Shown piece by piece: positions 1-8,488 of a stretch of DNA of 64,000 bases. Below the pieces are notes generated by a model. That model was given only the letters and a program-made list of their open reading frames with translations. It ran no database searches and was not told the DNA's origin. Source of the DNA: Candidatus Hydrogenedens sp. Lineage in GTDB: Bacteria; Hydrogenedentota; Hydrogenedentia; Hydrogenedentales; CAITNO01. Location: assembly GCA_012522755.1 (NCBI GenBank), contig JAAYJV010000048.1, positions 80,425 to 144,424 on the forward strand, given 5' to 3'. A program made the position numbers and the translations under genes. Position 1 is the stretch's first letter. Each line of letters opens with the position of its first letter.

Positions 1-1409
1 TGGCGAAAGCACTTCTCGAACAGCCCGATGTGCTTCTCCTGGATGAACCCACAAACCATATTGACGCGGACAGTGTTCAGTGGATTGAAAATTATCTGGA
101 AAATTATGGCGGTGCCTGTGTCCTCGTTACCCACGACCGTTATTTTCTGGACCGGGTCACAAACAGGATTGTGGAGATCAACCACGGGTCACTCATGAGT
201 TTTCCGGGGAATTATGCGCGCTTCCTGGAGTATAAGGCTTCCGTGGAAGAGGAGCAGCAGCGAACAGAAGCCAACCGCCTTGCCATCATCCGTCGTGAAT
301 ATGCCTGGTATAAGAGAATGCCTCAGGCCAGAGGCACGAAGCAAAAGGCCCGTATAAGCCGTCTTATGGAAGCTGCGGCCCAGGGACCGCCTCCCGCTGA
401 TAAACGCTTCGCCTTCGCCATCCCCGAGCCGGAACGGCTGGGCAAGGATATTCTGGAGGCCCGTTTGTTGACCCAGGCTTATGGGGATCAACTGCTCTTT
501 GAACGCTTTTCACTGTACATGCAAAAAGGGATGCGCATCGGTATTGTCGGCCCCAACGGCTGCGGAAAATCCACGCTCCTGCGTGTGCTCATGGGGAAAG
601 AACAAGCTCTGTCGGGTGAACTTCTTCTGGGTGCAACAACGGAATTCCTCTATGTGGATCAGACTCTGGCCGATATGGACCCTGAGCTGACGGTTCTTCA
701 ATTCATCTCTGATGGACAGCGCCATGTGGAGGTGGGCCGACAGCGTATTCACGTTCCTTCCTATCTGGAATCTTTTCTTTTCGACAAAAGTTGTGTGGAT
801 ATGCCTGTGGGCCGTTTGTCCGGTGGTGATAAACGCAGGGATGATCTTGACAAGAAATTATTGAAGGGCGGCAAATTCCCCATACTGGACGCGACTACAA
901 ACGATCTTGATTTGTATACCCTTCGTGTTCTGGAGGAAACCATCGAATCCTTTGAAGGTTGTGCGCTCATCGTGAGCCATGACCGGTATCTGCTCAACCG
1001 GCTTTGCACACACATGCTCATCTTCGAGGGAAAAGGACAGGTCGTTCAGATTGCAGGCAATTATGAAGACTATCTGCTCTACAAAGAGAGGCTGGAGACG
1101 AAAGAGAAAGAAGAGCGGCTGATCCGGAAAAAAGCCGGGGATCCTAAAGCGGCTCCCATTCCAGCCAAAAGAGCAACACTCAGTTATCAGGAGAAAAAAC
1201 GGCTGGAAAATATGGAAGCCATCATCGCCGAGGCCGAAGAAAAACTGGAGGCCTTGCGGGCTGAAGTCAATGCACCTGCTTTTTTCGAAGGGTCTTTTGA
1301 CGAGACGCAACCCGTGCTCTCCTGTCTTGAAGCAACAGAAGCGCAGGTAAGTGCTCTTTATAATGAGTGGATGGAACTGGAAGCGAAGAAAGAGGGAAGC
1401 ACTTCCTGA
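1..1409 (+). CDS. ABC-F family ATPase (Uup/YheS/EttA-type), 5' end truncated by the window edge
   Basis: The reading frame is open from nt 3 and begins inside Walker B 'LLLDEPTNHID'. An inter-domain linker follows (QQRTEANRLAIIRREYAWYKRMP). The second nucleotide-binding domain has Walker A GPNGCGKST, the LSGG signature and H-loop SHDRY. A C-terminal coiled-coil tail (KRLENMEAIIAEAEEKLEALRAEV) resembles the Uup C-terminal domain. Confidence 0.85.
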   Translation, partial: AKALLEQPDVLLLDEPTNHIDADSVQWIENYLENYGGACVLVTHDRYFLDRVTNRIVEINHGSLMSFPGNYARFLEYKASVEEEQQRTEANRLAIIRREYAWYKRMPQARGTKQKARISRLMEAAAQGPPPADKRFAFAIPEPERLGKDILEARLLTQAYGDQLLFERFSLYMQKGMRIGIVGPNGCGKSTLLRVLMGKEQALSGELLLGATTEFLYVDQTLADMDPELTVLQFISDGQRHVEVGRQRIHVPSYLESFLFDKSCVDMPVGRLSGGDKRRDDLDKKLLKGGKFPILDATTNDLDLYTLRVLEETIESFEGCALIVSHDRYLLNRLCTHMLIFEGKGQVVQIAGNYEDYLLYKERLETKEKEERLIRKKAGDPKAAPIPAKRATLSYQEKKRLENMEAIIAEAEEKLEALRAEVNAPAFFEGSFDETQPVLSCLEATEAQVSALYNEWMELEAKKEGSTS

Positions 1410-1435
1410 TCGAAGCGGCTTCCCTTATTCTCTCA

Positions 1436-2068
1436 TCATCCGGCGGCTTCACGCGGGGCGATCACAGGCGGGTCGGCTCGGAAAGAAGCCACACTGCGCT
1501 GGATCAGACGCCGGGGATCATCATCAAAAAAGATACGGCTGCCCGTGGGTTTTTCAATAACGGGAAGAATGTCCTTTATATGATCCGCCACACCTCCTGT
1601 ACCGGTCAGCACAGCAATCATGCGCCCTTCGTCATAGGCAATGGAGAATTCTCCCAGAGTGCCGGAACGTCCGCCCACAATGACAACGATGTCGCAGCTG
1701 CGCACACCCACAATTTCACGGCCCATGAGCCCGGCGCCGGTATAGATCATCACGTCAATGTTGTCCAGAGGACTTTCATAGCGCTCCACATGTTCTTCAA
1801 TACTGAGAGCGGGGGAGACGCCGATGGTGAGACCTCCCTTTTCCTTGCATCCCACAATGGCCGCATGGGGCAGCCCCGGACATCCGCCGGTAAGGATGGC
1901 ACAGCCTTCTTCCGCAATGGCCTGGCCCAGAATGCGGCAGCGGTCCAGAATCTCTTCATCCATTTTCCCGCCGGCTGAACCCATGACACCGATCTTCGTC
2001 AAACCGCAGGTGCGACAGACGGGAACCTCCGGTTGCTGCGTCATTTGTTTCGCAAATTCGTGATTCAT
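1436..2068 (-). CDS. LOG-family (TIGR00725-like) Rossmann-fold nucleotide-binding protein
   Basis: The 210-aa product has a glycine-rich N-terminal motif (IGVMGSAGG) and 'VVIVGGRSGTLGEF', which resembles the LOG/lysine-decarboxylase-like PGGxGTxxE motif. An AGGAGA-type RBS lies upstream of the ATG at 2068. Confidence 0.55.
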   Translation of the reverse strand: MNHEFAKQMTQQPEVPVCRTCGLTKIGVMGSAGGKMDEEILDRCRILGQAIAEEGCAILTGGCPGLPHAAIVGCKEKGGLTIGVSPALSIEEHVERYESPLDNIDVMIYTGAGLMGREIVGVRSCDIVVIVGGRSGTLGEFSIAYDEGRMIAVLTGTGGVADHIKDILPVIEKPTGSRIFFDDDPRRLIQRSVASFRADPPVIAPREAAG

Positions 2069-2112
2069 AATATTCTCCTGAGTAGTAAAACCAAGGGCTT
2101 ATCATATCCTTT

Positions 2113-3780
2113 TCAGTGAAATTCTTTCAACAGTGCCCGGGCATGGCGCAGGCTGGCGGGAGAAACGGAGCCATCCAGAAGACGCGCCATTTCTTTTTCC
2201 CGTTCTTCCCCGGTCATTCTGATGACTTGTGTTGTCGTGAATTCCCCTTTTTCCTCTTCTTTCAATACTTTATAATGAGCCGCTGCAGGGGCGGCAATCT
2301 GTGCCAAATGGGTGATGCATAAAAGTTGTCGTGATGCGGCCAGAGCGCGGATCTTATCGGAGACACGTCGCGCAGTGGCACCTCCGATGCCCGCGTCAAT
2401 CTCATCGAAGACCAGCGTGGGAATGGGGTCGTGGTTCGCGAAGACGGCTTTAATGGCAAGCATGATCCGTGATACTTCACCGCCGGATGCCACCAGCCTG
2501 AGGGACTTCGGCTTTTCTCCCGCATTGGCGGCCAGCAGAAAAGAAATGCGATCCTGACCCTGCATGCCCAGACTGATACTTTCAAAATCTGTCTCAAAGC
2601 GGGCATTGGGCATATCGAGCCTGTGCAGGGCATCCTGAATTTCTTTGTCCATGCGCCTGGCCGCTTTTTTCCGTGCAGATGAAAGGGCTGTTCCTTCTTT
2701 CTCCGTCTCAGCCGACAGAGCGGTTTCTTCTTTCTGCAGCACTTCCAGACGTTCATCTTGATGATCGTACTCAAAGAGAGCCGCCGTTGTTTTATCTCTG
2801 TACGCCAGAATGTCAGTAATCTGAGCCCCGTATTTTCTTTTCAAGGTATTGATCAGATTGAGCCGTTCATTGATCACGTTGATTTCTTCCGGGTCAAAAT
2901 CCCGATCTTCGCTGTGACACCTCATTTCTTCAGCCACATTTTCGACCCGGGCACGGATCTCCGCCAGTTCGTCCAGAGCCCATTTGAATTCAGGCAATAC
3001 CTCCCTGATCTTGTCCAGGGCATTGCTGGCCCCGTCCAGTGCGTCAATGGCTGATGAGCCTTCGGCATCATAAAGGCGCTGGCAGGCTTCCTGTGACAAT
3101 TCTCTGATCGCCTCCGCATGGGTGATGCGTTTGAGTCTCTCGCGAAGCTCCTCCTCTTCATCAGGGATAAGTGCAGCTTCGTTGATCTCCTGAATTTCGA
3201 AACGCATGAAGTCGATCTGTCGGGCCTGGTCACGGCTGGTGGCTTGTAAGGCTTCCAGTTCGCGACGGATACGGTTGCGTTCGCTCACTTTTTTTGCCAG
3301 TGTCTCAGCCTGCTCAGTTGTTCCGGCGAAAGCATCGAGAAGGCGCAACTGACAGTCGCTGCGGAAAAGACTCTGATGCTCGTGCTGGCCGTGGAGATCC
3401 ACCAGCTCGTCGCCGATCTCTCCCAGCAGTGAGATGGTCACGGGTCGTCCATTGATCAGCGCACGGCTGCGCCCATCGGCGGAAACAATGCGGGACAGGA
3501 TCAAGGCGCCTTCATCCAGGGCGAGTTCACTTTCTTCCAGAAGAGTTTGCAGAGCTGTGGATGCTTTATTCAGCCGGAAGACAGCCTCGATGACGGCTTT
3601 GTCTGCGCCTCGCCGCACCACCTCAGCTGACGCCCTGGTTCCGAGGGCAAGACCCAGAGCACCGATGACAATGGATTTGCCCGCGCCCGTTTCTCCCGTC
3701 AGAACATTGAAGCCCGGCCCGAACTCTATATTCAGAGTCCGGATAAGGGCATAGTCTTGAATATGAAGGCTTTCTATCAT
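2113..3780 (-). CDS. recN: DNA repair protein RecN
   Basis: The N-terminus (MIESLHIQDYALIRTLNIEFGPGFNVLTGETGAGKSIVIGALGLALG) is the SMC-like Walker A head. A long coiled-coil middle follows, then a C-terminal ABC signature and Walker B region (GGEVSRIMLAIK...LVFDEIDAGIGG). At 555 aa the length is typical of RecN. Confidence 0.9.
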   Translation of the reverse strand: MIESLHIQDYALIRTLNIEFGPGFNVLTGETGAGKSIVIGALGLALGTRASAEVVRRGADKAVIEAVFRLNKASTALQTLLEESELALDEGALILSRIVSADGRSRALINGRPVTISLLGEIGDELVDLHGQHEHQSLFRSDCQLRLLDAFAGTTEQAETLAKKVSERNRIRRELEALQATSRDQARQIDFMRFEIQEINEAALIPDEEEELRERLKRITHAEAIRELSQEACQRLYDAEGSSAIDALDGASNALDKIREVLPEFKWALDELAEIRARVENVAEEMRCHSEDRDFDPEEINVINERLNLINTLKRKYGAQITDILAYRDKTTAALFEYDHQDERLEVLQKEETALSAETEKEGTALSSARKKAARRMDKEIQDALHRLDMPNARFETDFESISLGMQGQDRISFLLAANAGEKPKSLRLVASGGEVSRIMLAIKAVFANHDPIPTLVFDEIDAGIGGATARRVSDKIRALAASRQLLCITHLAQIAAPAAAHYKVLKEEEKGEFTTTQVIRMTGEEREKEMARLLDGSVSPASLRHARALLKEFH

Positions 3781-3994
3781 AAAAAAGCTACAGTAGTTTT
3801 AAAAATAAAATACTTCCCGGGAATCTTCATCTGCATGGCGTATTGTAACACAGTGCGGCATAGCCATAACCAAATGATTCTTTTTTCACCAAGAAACCAG
3901 GTCGGGATAAGCCTGAAAGGTTGATGCCTCTCTCGGTGACTGTGGATAACCCAAAGTCTCTTATCTGTCCCATAACCAACCGCAGCCCTTTGCA

Positions 3995-4035
3995 GATCCG
4001 ACCGATCCGACTGATTCTCCGGACACCACCGATCC
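3995..4035. repeat. Tandem 9-bp GATC-containing repeats (GATCCGACN x ~4.5) in a divergent intergenic region
   Basis: The direct reading is gatccgacc gatccgact gattctccg gacaccacc gatcc. The unit is the reverse complement of the repeat at 20358-20398. Confidence 0.7.
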
Positions 4036-4112
4036 TTTCCAGTATCTTGAATATATCAAGTCCATCTCAATAGCCTCAAATTCACTTTTCCAGCTGTTTT
4101 CATCCCTGAAAA

Positions 4113-4123
4113 CATGCTATACT
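4113..4123 (+). promoter_or_regulatory. Putative sigma70-type promoter (extended -10 TGcTATACT; TTTTCA -35-like about 16 bp upstream)
   Basis: The sequence 'ATGCTATACTG' is identical to the element at 20580-20590. It lies about 70 bp upstream of the lipoprotein ATG at 4194. Confidence 0.4.
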
Positions 4124-4193
4124 GCAATGAAGAAATGCCTCTTTCCTGCTCTTGTCAGGAAGGAGCAACCGTCAGGAGAGAACGCTGAAGATC

Positions 4194-4727
4194 ATGATGA
4201 AACAGATCCTTGAAATAACAGGCCTTTTCATGGGCCTGAGTCTTTGTTTGATGCTTTCCGCCTGTCAGAGCAGTCCCGGCACAGTGGCGGATAAAGTGCT
4301 GGCCGACTTCGGGCTCCGCGATCATCCCGAGGACTATGTTTCGCGCACTGATCAGGCCTTTGAACAACTGGATCTGGTGGGCACTACGGAAATGAAACGG
4401 ATGAACCATGCCGGGCGTCACGGTGAGATCAAATTTGAGGGGGAAGGCCGTCGCGGCAGTTATTACAAGCAGGTGAAAGTCTATTACGCTTTTCAGCCTC
4501 TCGATGCGAAAGTGGCTACAGAGGCGGGTAATAGAAGCCGGGGCTTCAGCGGCACCATCCAATATCGCTATCGGATCTATGAGAGTGAGCGTTGTTCTAC
4601 TCAGGCGGAGGCTTCGGCTCTCACTGCTGACCGGGAAACCAGTCAGGATGGCCGCGAGATTTTCAGGTATCATTTGTCTTCAGGCGGCATCTGGAACGGC
4701 GCAGCCGGTGAAAAGACCAAAGGATGA
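4194..4727 (+). CDS. Hypothetical lipoprotein
   Basis: The start was chosen at the ATG pair after SD-like GGAGAG. The signal peptide has a lipobox (MMKQILEITGLFMGLSLCLMLSAC|QSS). The stop overlaps the start of the next gene (ATGA). Confidence 0.55.
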   Translation: MMKQILEITGLFMGLSLCLMLSACQSSPGTVADKVLADFGLRDHPEDYVSRTDQAFEQLDLVGTTEMKRMNHAGRHGEIKFEGEGRRGSYYKQVKVYYAFQPLDAKVATEAGNRSRGFSGTIQYRYRIYESERCSTQAEASALTADRETSQDGREIFRYHLSSGGIWNGAAGEKTKG

Positions 4728-6271
4728 GGCCCCATTTGTTCCCCAGAACGGCCTCCCTCTTGTGCAGTCTCCTTCTGCTGATCGGCTCACTGTCGGCCTG
4801 CGCTCAGGAATCACCCATTCATGTCGTGGAGATGACAGCGCCCGATGAAGAGGCTCTCTCCCTGCTCTTGAACAGCGAGTTCAACGTGGGCAATCGCCGG
4901 GGCAATACGGTGACTTTCTATGTGAACGATGAGGAGCTGGCTGCTCTGGCAAAGCAGCCTTATCCCTGGGAGATTATTGAGACTCAATCGGGTGCTTCCA
5001 GTCCTGAAAAAGCCATCGGCTATACCAAATATGAAGAATTGGGCCCCAAGCTGCAAAGTTATGCTTCAGCCTATTCCGATCTGGTCCGGGTGATTTCCCT
5101 GGGACAGACACCCCAGTATCGGGAGATCTACGCTGTCAAAATCACCACCAACCCCGATATGGCAATGGATAAAGCGGTGGTGAAATATATTGCGGCCATT
5201 CACGGCGATGAAACAGTCGGCGTCGAAATGTGTCTGTATTTTATCGAAGATCTCCTGCAGAATTACGGGAAACATCCCTTTATTACCAATTTGATCAATG
5301 ATACGGTCATCTGGGTTGTACCCATGATGAATCCCGATGGCCATGCAGCGGTCTCACGTTACAGCGCCGGCAAAGATCTGAACAGGAATTTCCCCATATT
5401 CGGAATCCACTATCACAGTACCTTTTTTGATGGGGAAAATCTGGGCGATGATAAAGTCCCTCCAGAAAATAGGCATATCATGAGGTGGCATGAACGGGAG
5501 CCGGCGAATCTGGCTGCTAATTTTCACGGCGGAGCGCTGGTGGCCAACTATCCCTATGACAACGACCCCGGCGTATACAGTCCCCAGCCAGCCATATCCC
5601 CCGACGATGATGTGTTTCAGTACCTGTCGCTGGAGTATTCCCGCAACAATCCGCCCATGTATACCGATGGGCTCTATCCCCAAGGGATTGTCAACGGTTC
5701 AGTCTGGTACAGCATTACAGGCGGCATGATGGACTGGCACTATCGCTTTCTGGGCTGCCCGGAAGTGACCCTCGAAATTTCCAAGAACAAAATCCCTCCT
5801 GTGTCCACACTTCCTCTCTTCTGGGATCAGAACAGGGATTCCATGTACGCCTACCTGAATGTCGTCCATATGGGAATCAGAGGTGTGGTGAAAGACAGAA
5901 GAACAGGAGGAGCTGTGTGGGCCAAAGTACTGGTTGACGATAGAGAACAGCCTGTCTTCACCAATCGTGCCGTGGGCAACTACCACCGTATGCTCCTTCC
6001 CGGCCGCTACAATCTTTCTTTTCATTCTTCAGATCATATCACCTATCACGTGGATGATATTCTTGTGGAAGAAGGAGGAGCTTCCCGGGTGGATGTCACC
6101 CTGTCCAGAGGTGATGTCAACAGCGATGGCCGGGTGGACGCCGCAGATATTCAAGCTGTGGTAGATGTGTCCCTCGGCCGCTCTGATGCCTATGATGCCG
6201 ATGTGGACGGCCGAGGCGTCTCAGCCACGGACATCCAGGCTGTGATCAACGCTGTTGCCGACGCTTCCTGA
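4724..6271 (+). CDS. M14-family zinc carboxypeptidase lipoprotein with C-terminal dockerin-like module
   Basis: A lipobox signal is present (LLLLIGSLSAC). M14 motifs are present (AAIHGDETVG zinc-binding HxxE, and VVPMMNPDG). The C-terminus carries two dockerin-type calcium-binding repeats (GDVNSDGRVDAADIQAVVD and DADVDGRGVSATDIQAVINAV). Confidence 0.75.
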   Translation: MRPHLFPRTASLLCSLLLLIGSLSACAQESPIHVVEMTAPDEEALSLLLNSEFNVGNRRGNTVTFYVNDEELAALAKQPYPWEIIETQSGASSPEKAIGYTKYEELGPKLQSYASAYSDLVRVISLGQTPQYREIYAVKITTNPDMAMDKAVVKYIAAIHGDETVGVEMCLYFIEDLLQNYGKHPFITNLINDTVIWVVPMMNPDGHAAVSRYSAGKDLNRNFPIFGIHYHSTFFDGENLGDDKVPPENRHIMRWHEREPANLAANFHGGALVANYPYDNDPGVYSPQPAISPDDDVFQYLSLEYSRNNPPMYTDGLYPQGIVNGSVWYSITGGMMDWHYRFLGCPEVTLEISKNKIPPVSTLPLFWDQNRDSMYAYLNVVHMGIRGVVKDRRTGGAVWAKVLVDDREQPVFTNRAVGNYHRMLLPGRYNLSFHSSDHITYHVDDILVEEGGASRVDVTLSRGDVNSDGRVDAADIQAVVDVSLGRSDAYDADVDGRGVSATDIQAVINAVADAS

Positions 6272-6282
6272 GTGCGATTGTT

Positions 6283-8343
6283 TTATTCAGCGACAACGCT
6301 GAACTCCCGGCTTTGCTGTCCCTTGAGTACATCGGTCACTGTAATGCTTACTGTGTGGAGGCCCGGCTCTGAAAAGGCGAATACAGCTTTGTCTTTCTTG
6401 ACACGTTTGCCGTCGAAATACCATTGCACCGATTTGATGGCTGTGGCGGGATCATAGGAAAGGGCGAAACCGGCCGGCAAATGCTCCGAAAGGGTGATGG
6501 GAAGACTTCCTGCAGGAGCCCGGAGAATTTCTGTGGCATCGAAAGTGCGTTCTTCTCCCACACGAACACGCAGCTCCCGAGGAAACTCTCTGAAGCTGAG
6601 AGGGCTTTTTCCCATGAGCACCGGTGCCACCGCCTGCAGTGCCTGATGGCTTGCGTTGGAGTTGCAGTAGGAAAGAATGATGCTGTCCGCTTCCTGCAGG
6701 CGTACCGCTTCGCGTGGATCACCCAGGAAAAGCACGACAACCTTTGCGCCCGTCTGTTTCAAGGCGCGCAACAGCTCAATCTGACTTTCCATGCGCACCT
6801 CGTCTGTGAGTATGACGACAATGGTGCCCAGAGCACGCATGTTCCGTGTGAGGCGCTCAATCTCGAAACGCTCAATATCCTTCACATGGCTGGCTGTCAT
6901 GATGGCCTGGCGTACCAGTTTTTTCACCTCTTTCTCCAGCAGTTTGTACAGTTCTTCCACACCGACCACTCCCGTAATACCCACCGGTGCGCCGCCATCC
7001 TTCACCAGTGGCAAGGCATTTCCATGATTCTTGATCAGGGTTGCGGCCTGACGCTCCACAGCAATACTCCATTCACCGATCTTTTTCAGATCCACCCGCG
7101 ACTTTCTGCTGCTTGCTCTCTTGGATGGAGCGGCCTGTGCGGACTCCAGTTTCAAGGTCAATATGCGCCGTACAGAGGCATTGATCCGCTCTTCTGAAAG
7201 GATGCCGACAGCTACAGCGGCTTCTATCCCCTTGATGGCTTTTTCCGGCTGCAGCAGATTACCCTGCCACAGGAGCATGTCCGCACCAGCCCGGATCGCC
7301 GAGACAGCTGCGAGAGCAGGATCATTTTCAGCCTGAATCAAGCCATCATCCATGGGGCCCGCTGCGATAACACCCTGGAAATTCAGCTGCCGGCGCAAGA
7401 GACCTTCCAGCACCGGTGAAGAAAGACTTGCCGGCGGCGAATGCTGATCCAGAGTGGGAACCAGCACATTGCCCACATGAACGATTCCCGGGGAGTCCTG
7501 CAATACAGCCTGGTAGGGGCGACCGTCCTGTTCAAAAAGATTGGGCTGGGGCGTCGTCAGAACAGCGGCACTCCGTCCTTCACGGTTCGATCCGCCTCCG
7601 GGAAAGCCCATGGGCATCCAGATCACGGGGCTTGCGGAAAAAGCTTCCTGAAAACAACGGGCAATACGGGCCGCCTTTTCCGGATCGCTGCCCAGAGTCA
7701 GAACAGCATCGCGCCCTGTTCTGAAGGAAGGCGAAAGATCCAGTGCAGGCCCCGGGTGGAAATTGAAGCCCAGACTTTCCGCATAGAGAGACAGCAAAGT
7801 CCCATAGTCTTCATAGACTGTGGGGTTCGACGTGGCGAGAACGGACATGGGTGTCGGCAGTTGTATGAAAGCCGAAGGATGATTGCGGGCTGGCTGGGTA
7901 AATTCGTACAGGTTGGCGCCCAAAAGAAAGGACGCACCCGCTGCGGACTCAAAGCTCCGTATGGACTGGGCATAGCCTTGTGTGGTGGAAACATTGAGCG
8001 TACGCGAAAGGAGCACGGCACCCGGGGGATAATTCTTCAAATAGCTGACATCACCCAGAAGCGGGCGGCTTTCACCTTCCAGTGTCACCATCATGAGCTG
8101 TGCAATCCGCGCCTGAAGAGAACGCTCTCGGATAAATTGTTCCACGGGATCAGCCACTTCCAGGGTCACTTGTTTCGGAACCGCAGCGGGAGGCTGATCA
8201 GGGATCGGCAAGGCCTGTGCCGGTCTTTCCTTTTCAGGGAAGAAAGCGGAAGGTTGAGCCCCCAGTTCTGATTGTGTTAAAAAGCAGAGAGTCATCAGAA
8301 TCGACATAAAGAGAGGGACATTGTTGAAGACAGTTGGTTTCAT
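6283..8343 (-). CDS. Glycoside hydrolase family 3-like protein (NagZ/BglX-like) with C-terminal PKD-like domain
   Basis: The start was placed at MKPTVFNNVPLFMSILMTLCFLTQ, a signal peptide, rather than the upstream ORF extension to 8649. The central region resembles the GH3 N-terminal domain (…NFQGVIAAGPMDDGL…AIRAGADMLLW…). The C-terminus is PKD-like (VQWYFDGKRV…GLHTVSITVTD). Confidence 0.5.
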   Translation of the reverse strand: MKPTVFNNVPLFMSILMTLCFLTQSELGAQPSAFFPEKERPAQALPIPDQPPAAVPKQVTLEVADPVEQFIRERSLQARIAQLMMVTLEGESRPLLGDVSYLKNYPPGAVLLSRTLNVSTTQGYAQSIRSFESAAGASFLLGANLYEFTQPARNHPSAFIQLPTPMSVLATSNPTVYEDYGTLLSLYAESLGFNFHPGPALDLSPSFRTGRDAVLTLGSDPEKAARIARCFQEAFSASPVIWMPMGFPGGGSNREGRSAAVLTTPQPNLFEQDGRPYQAVLQDSPGIVHVGNVLVPTLDQHSPPASLSSPVLEGLLRRQLNFQGVIAAGPMDDGLIQAENDPALAAVSAIRAGADMLLWQGNLLQPEKAIKGIEAAVAVGILSEERINASVRRILTLKLESAQAAPSKRASSRKSRVDLKKIGEWSIAVERQAATLIKNHGNALPLVKDGGAPVGITGVVGVEELYKLLEKEVKKLVRQAIMTASHVKDIERFEIERLTRNMRALGTIVVILTDEVRMESQIELLRALKQTGAKVVVLFLGDPREAVRLQEADSIILSYCNSNASHQALQAVAPVLMGKSPLSFREFPRELRVRVGEERTFDATEILRAPAGSLPITLSEHLPAGFALSYDPATAIKSVQWYFDGKRVKKDKAVFAFSEPGLHTVSITVTDVLKGQQSREFSVVAE

Positions 8344-8488
8344 GATCTTTCCTAACATCAGCGGGCCGGGCTTGTTCGGACTGTCCTGTTTATATTCTGC
8401 AAGACTTTCAGGAAAAATGTTTACAGAAATGAAGTATTCTGCTATAATTGCAGTTAGCATATACATAGTAAATGTAAAGGGCAACTGA

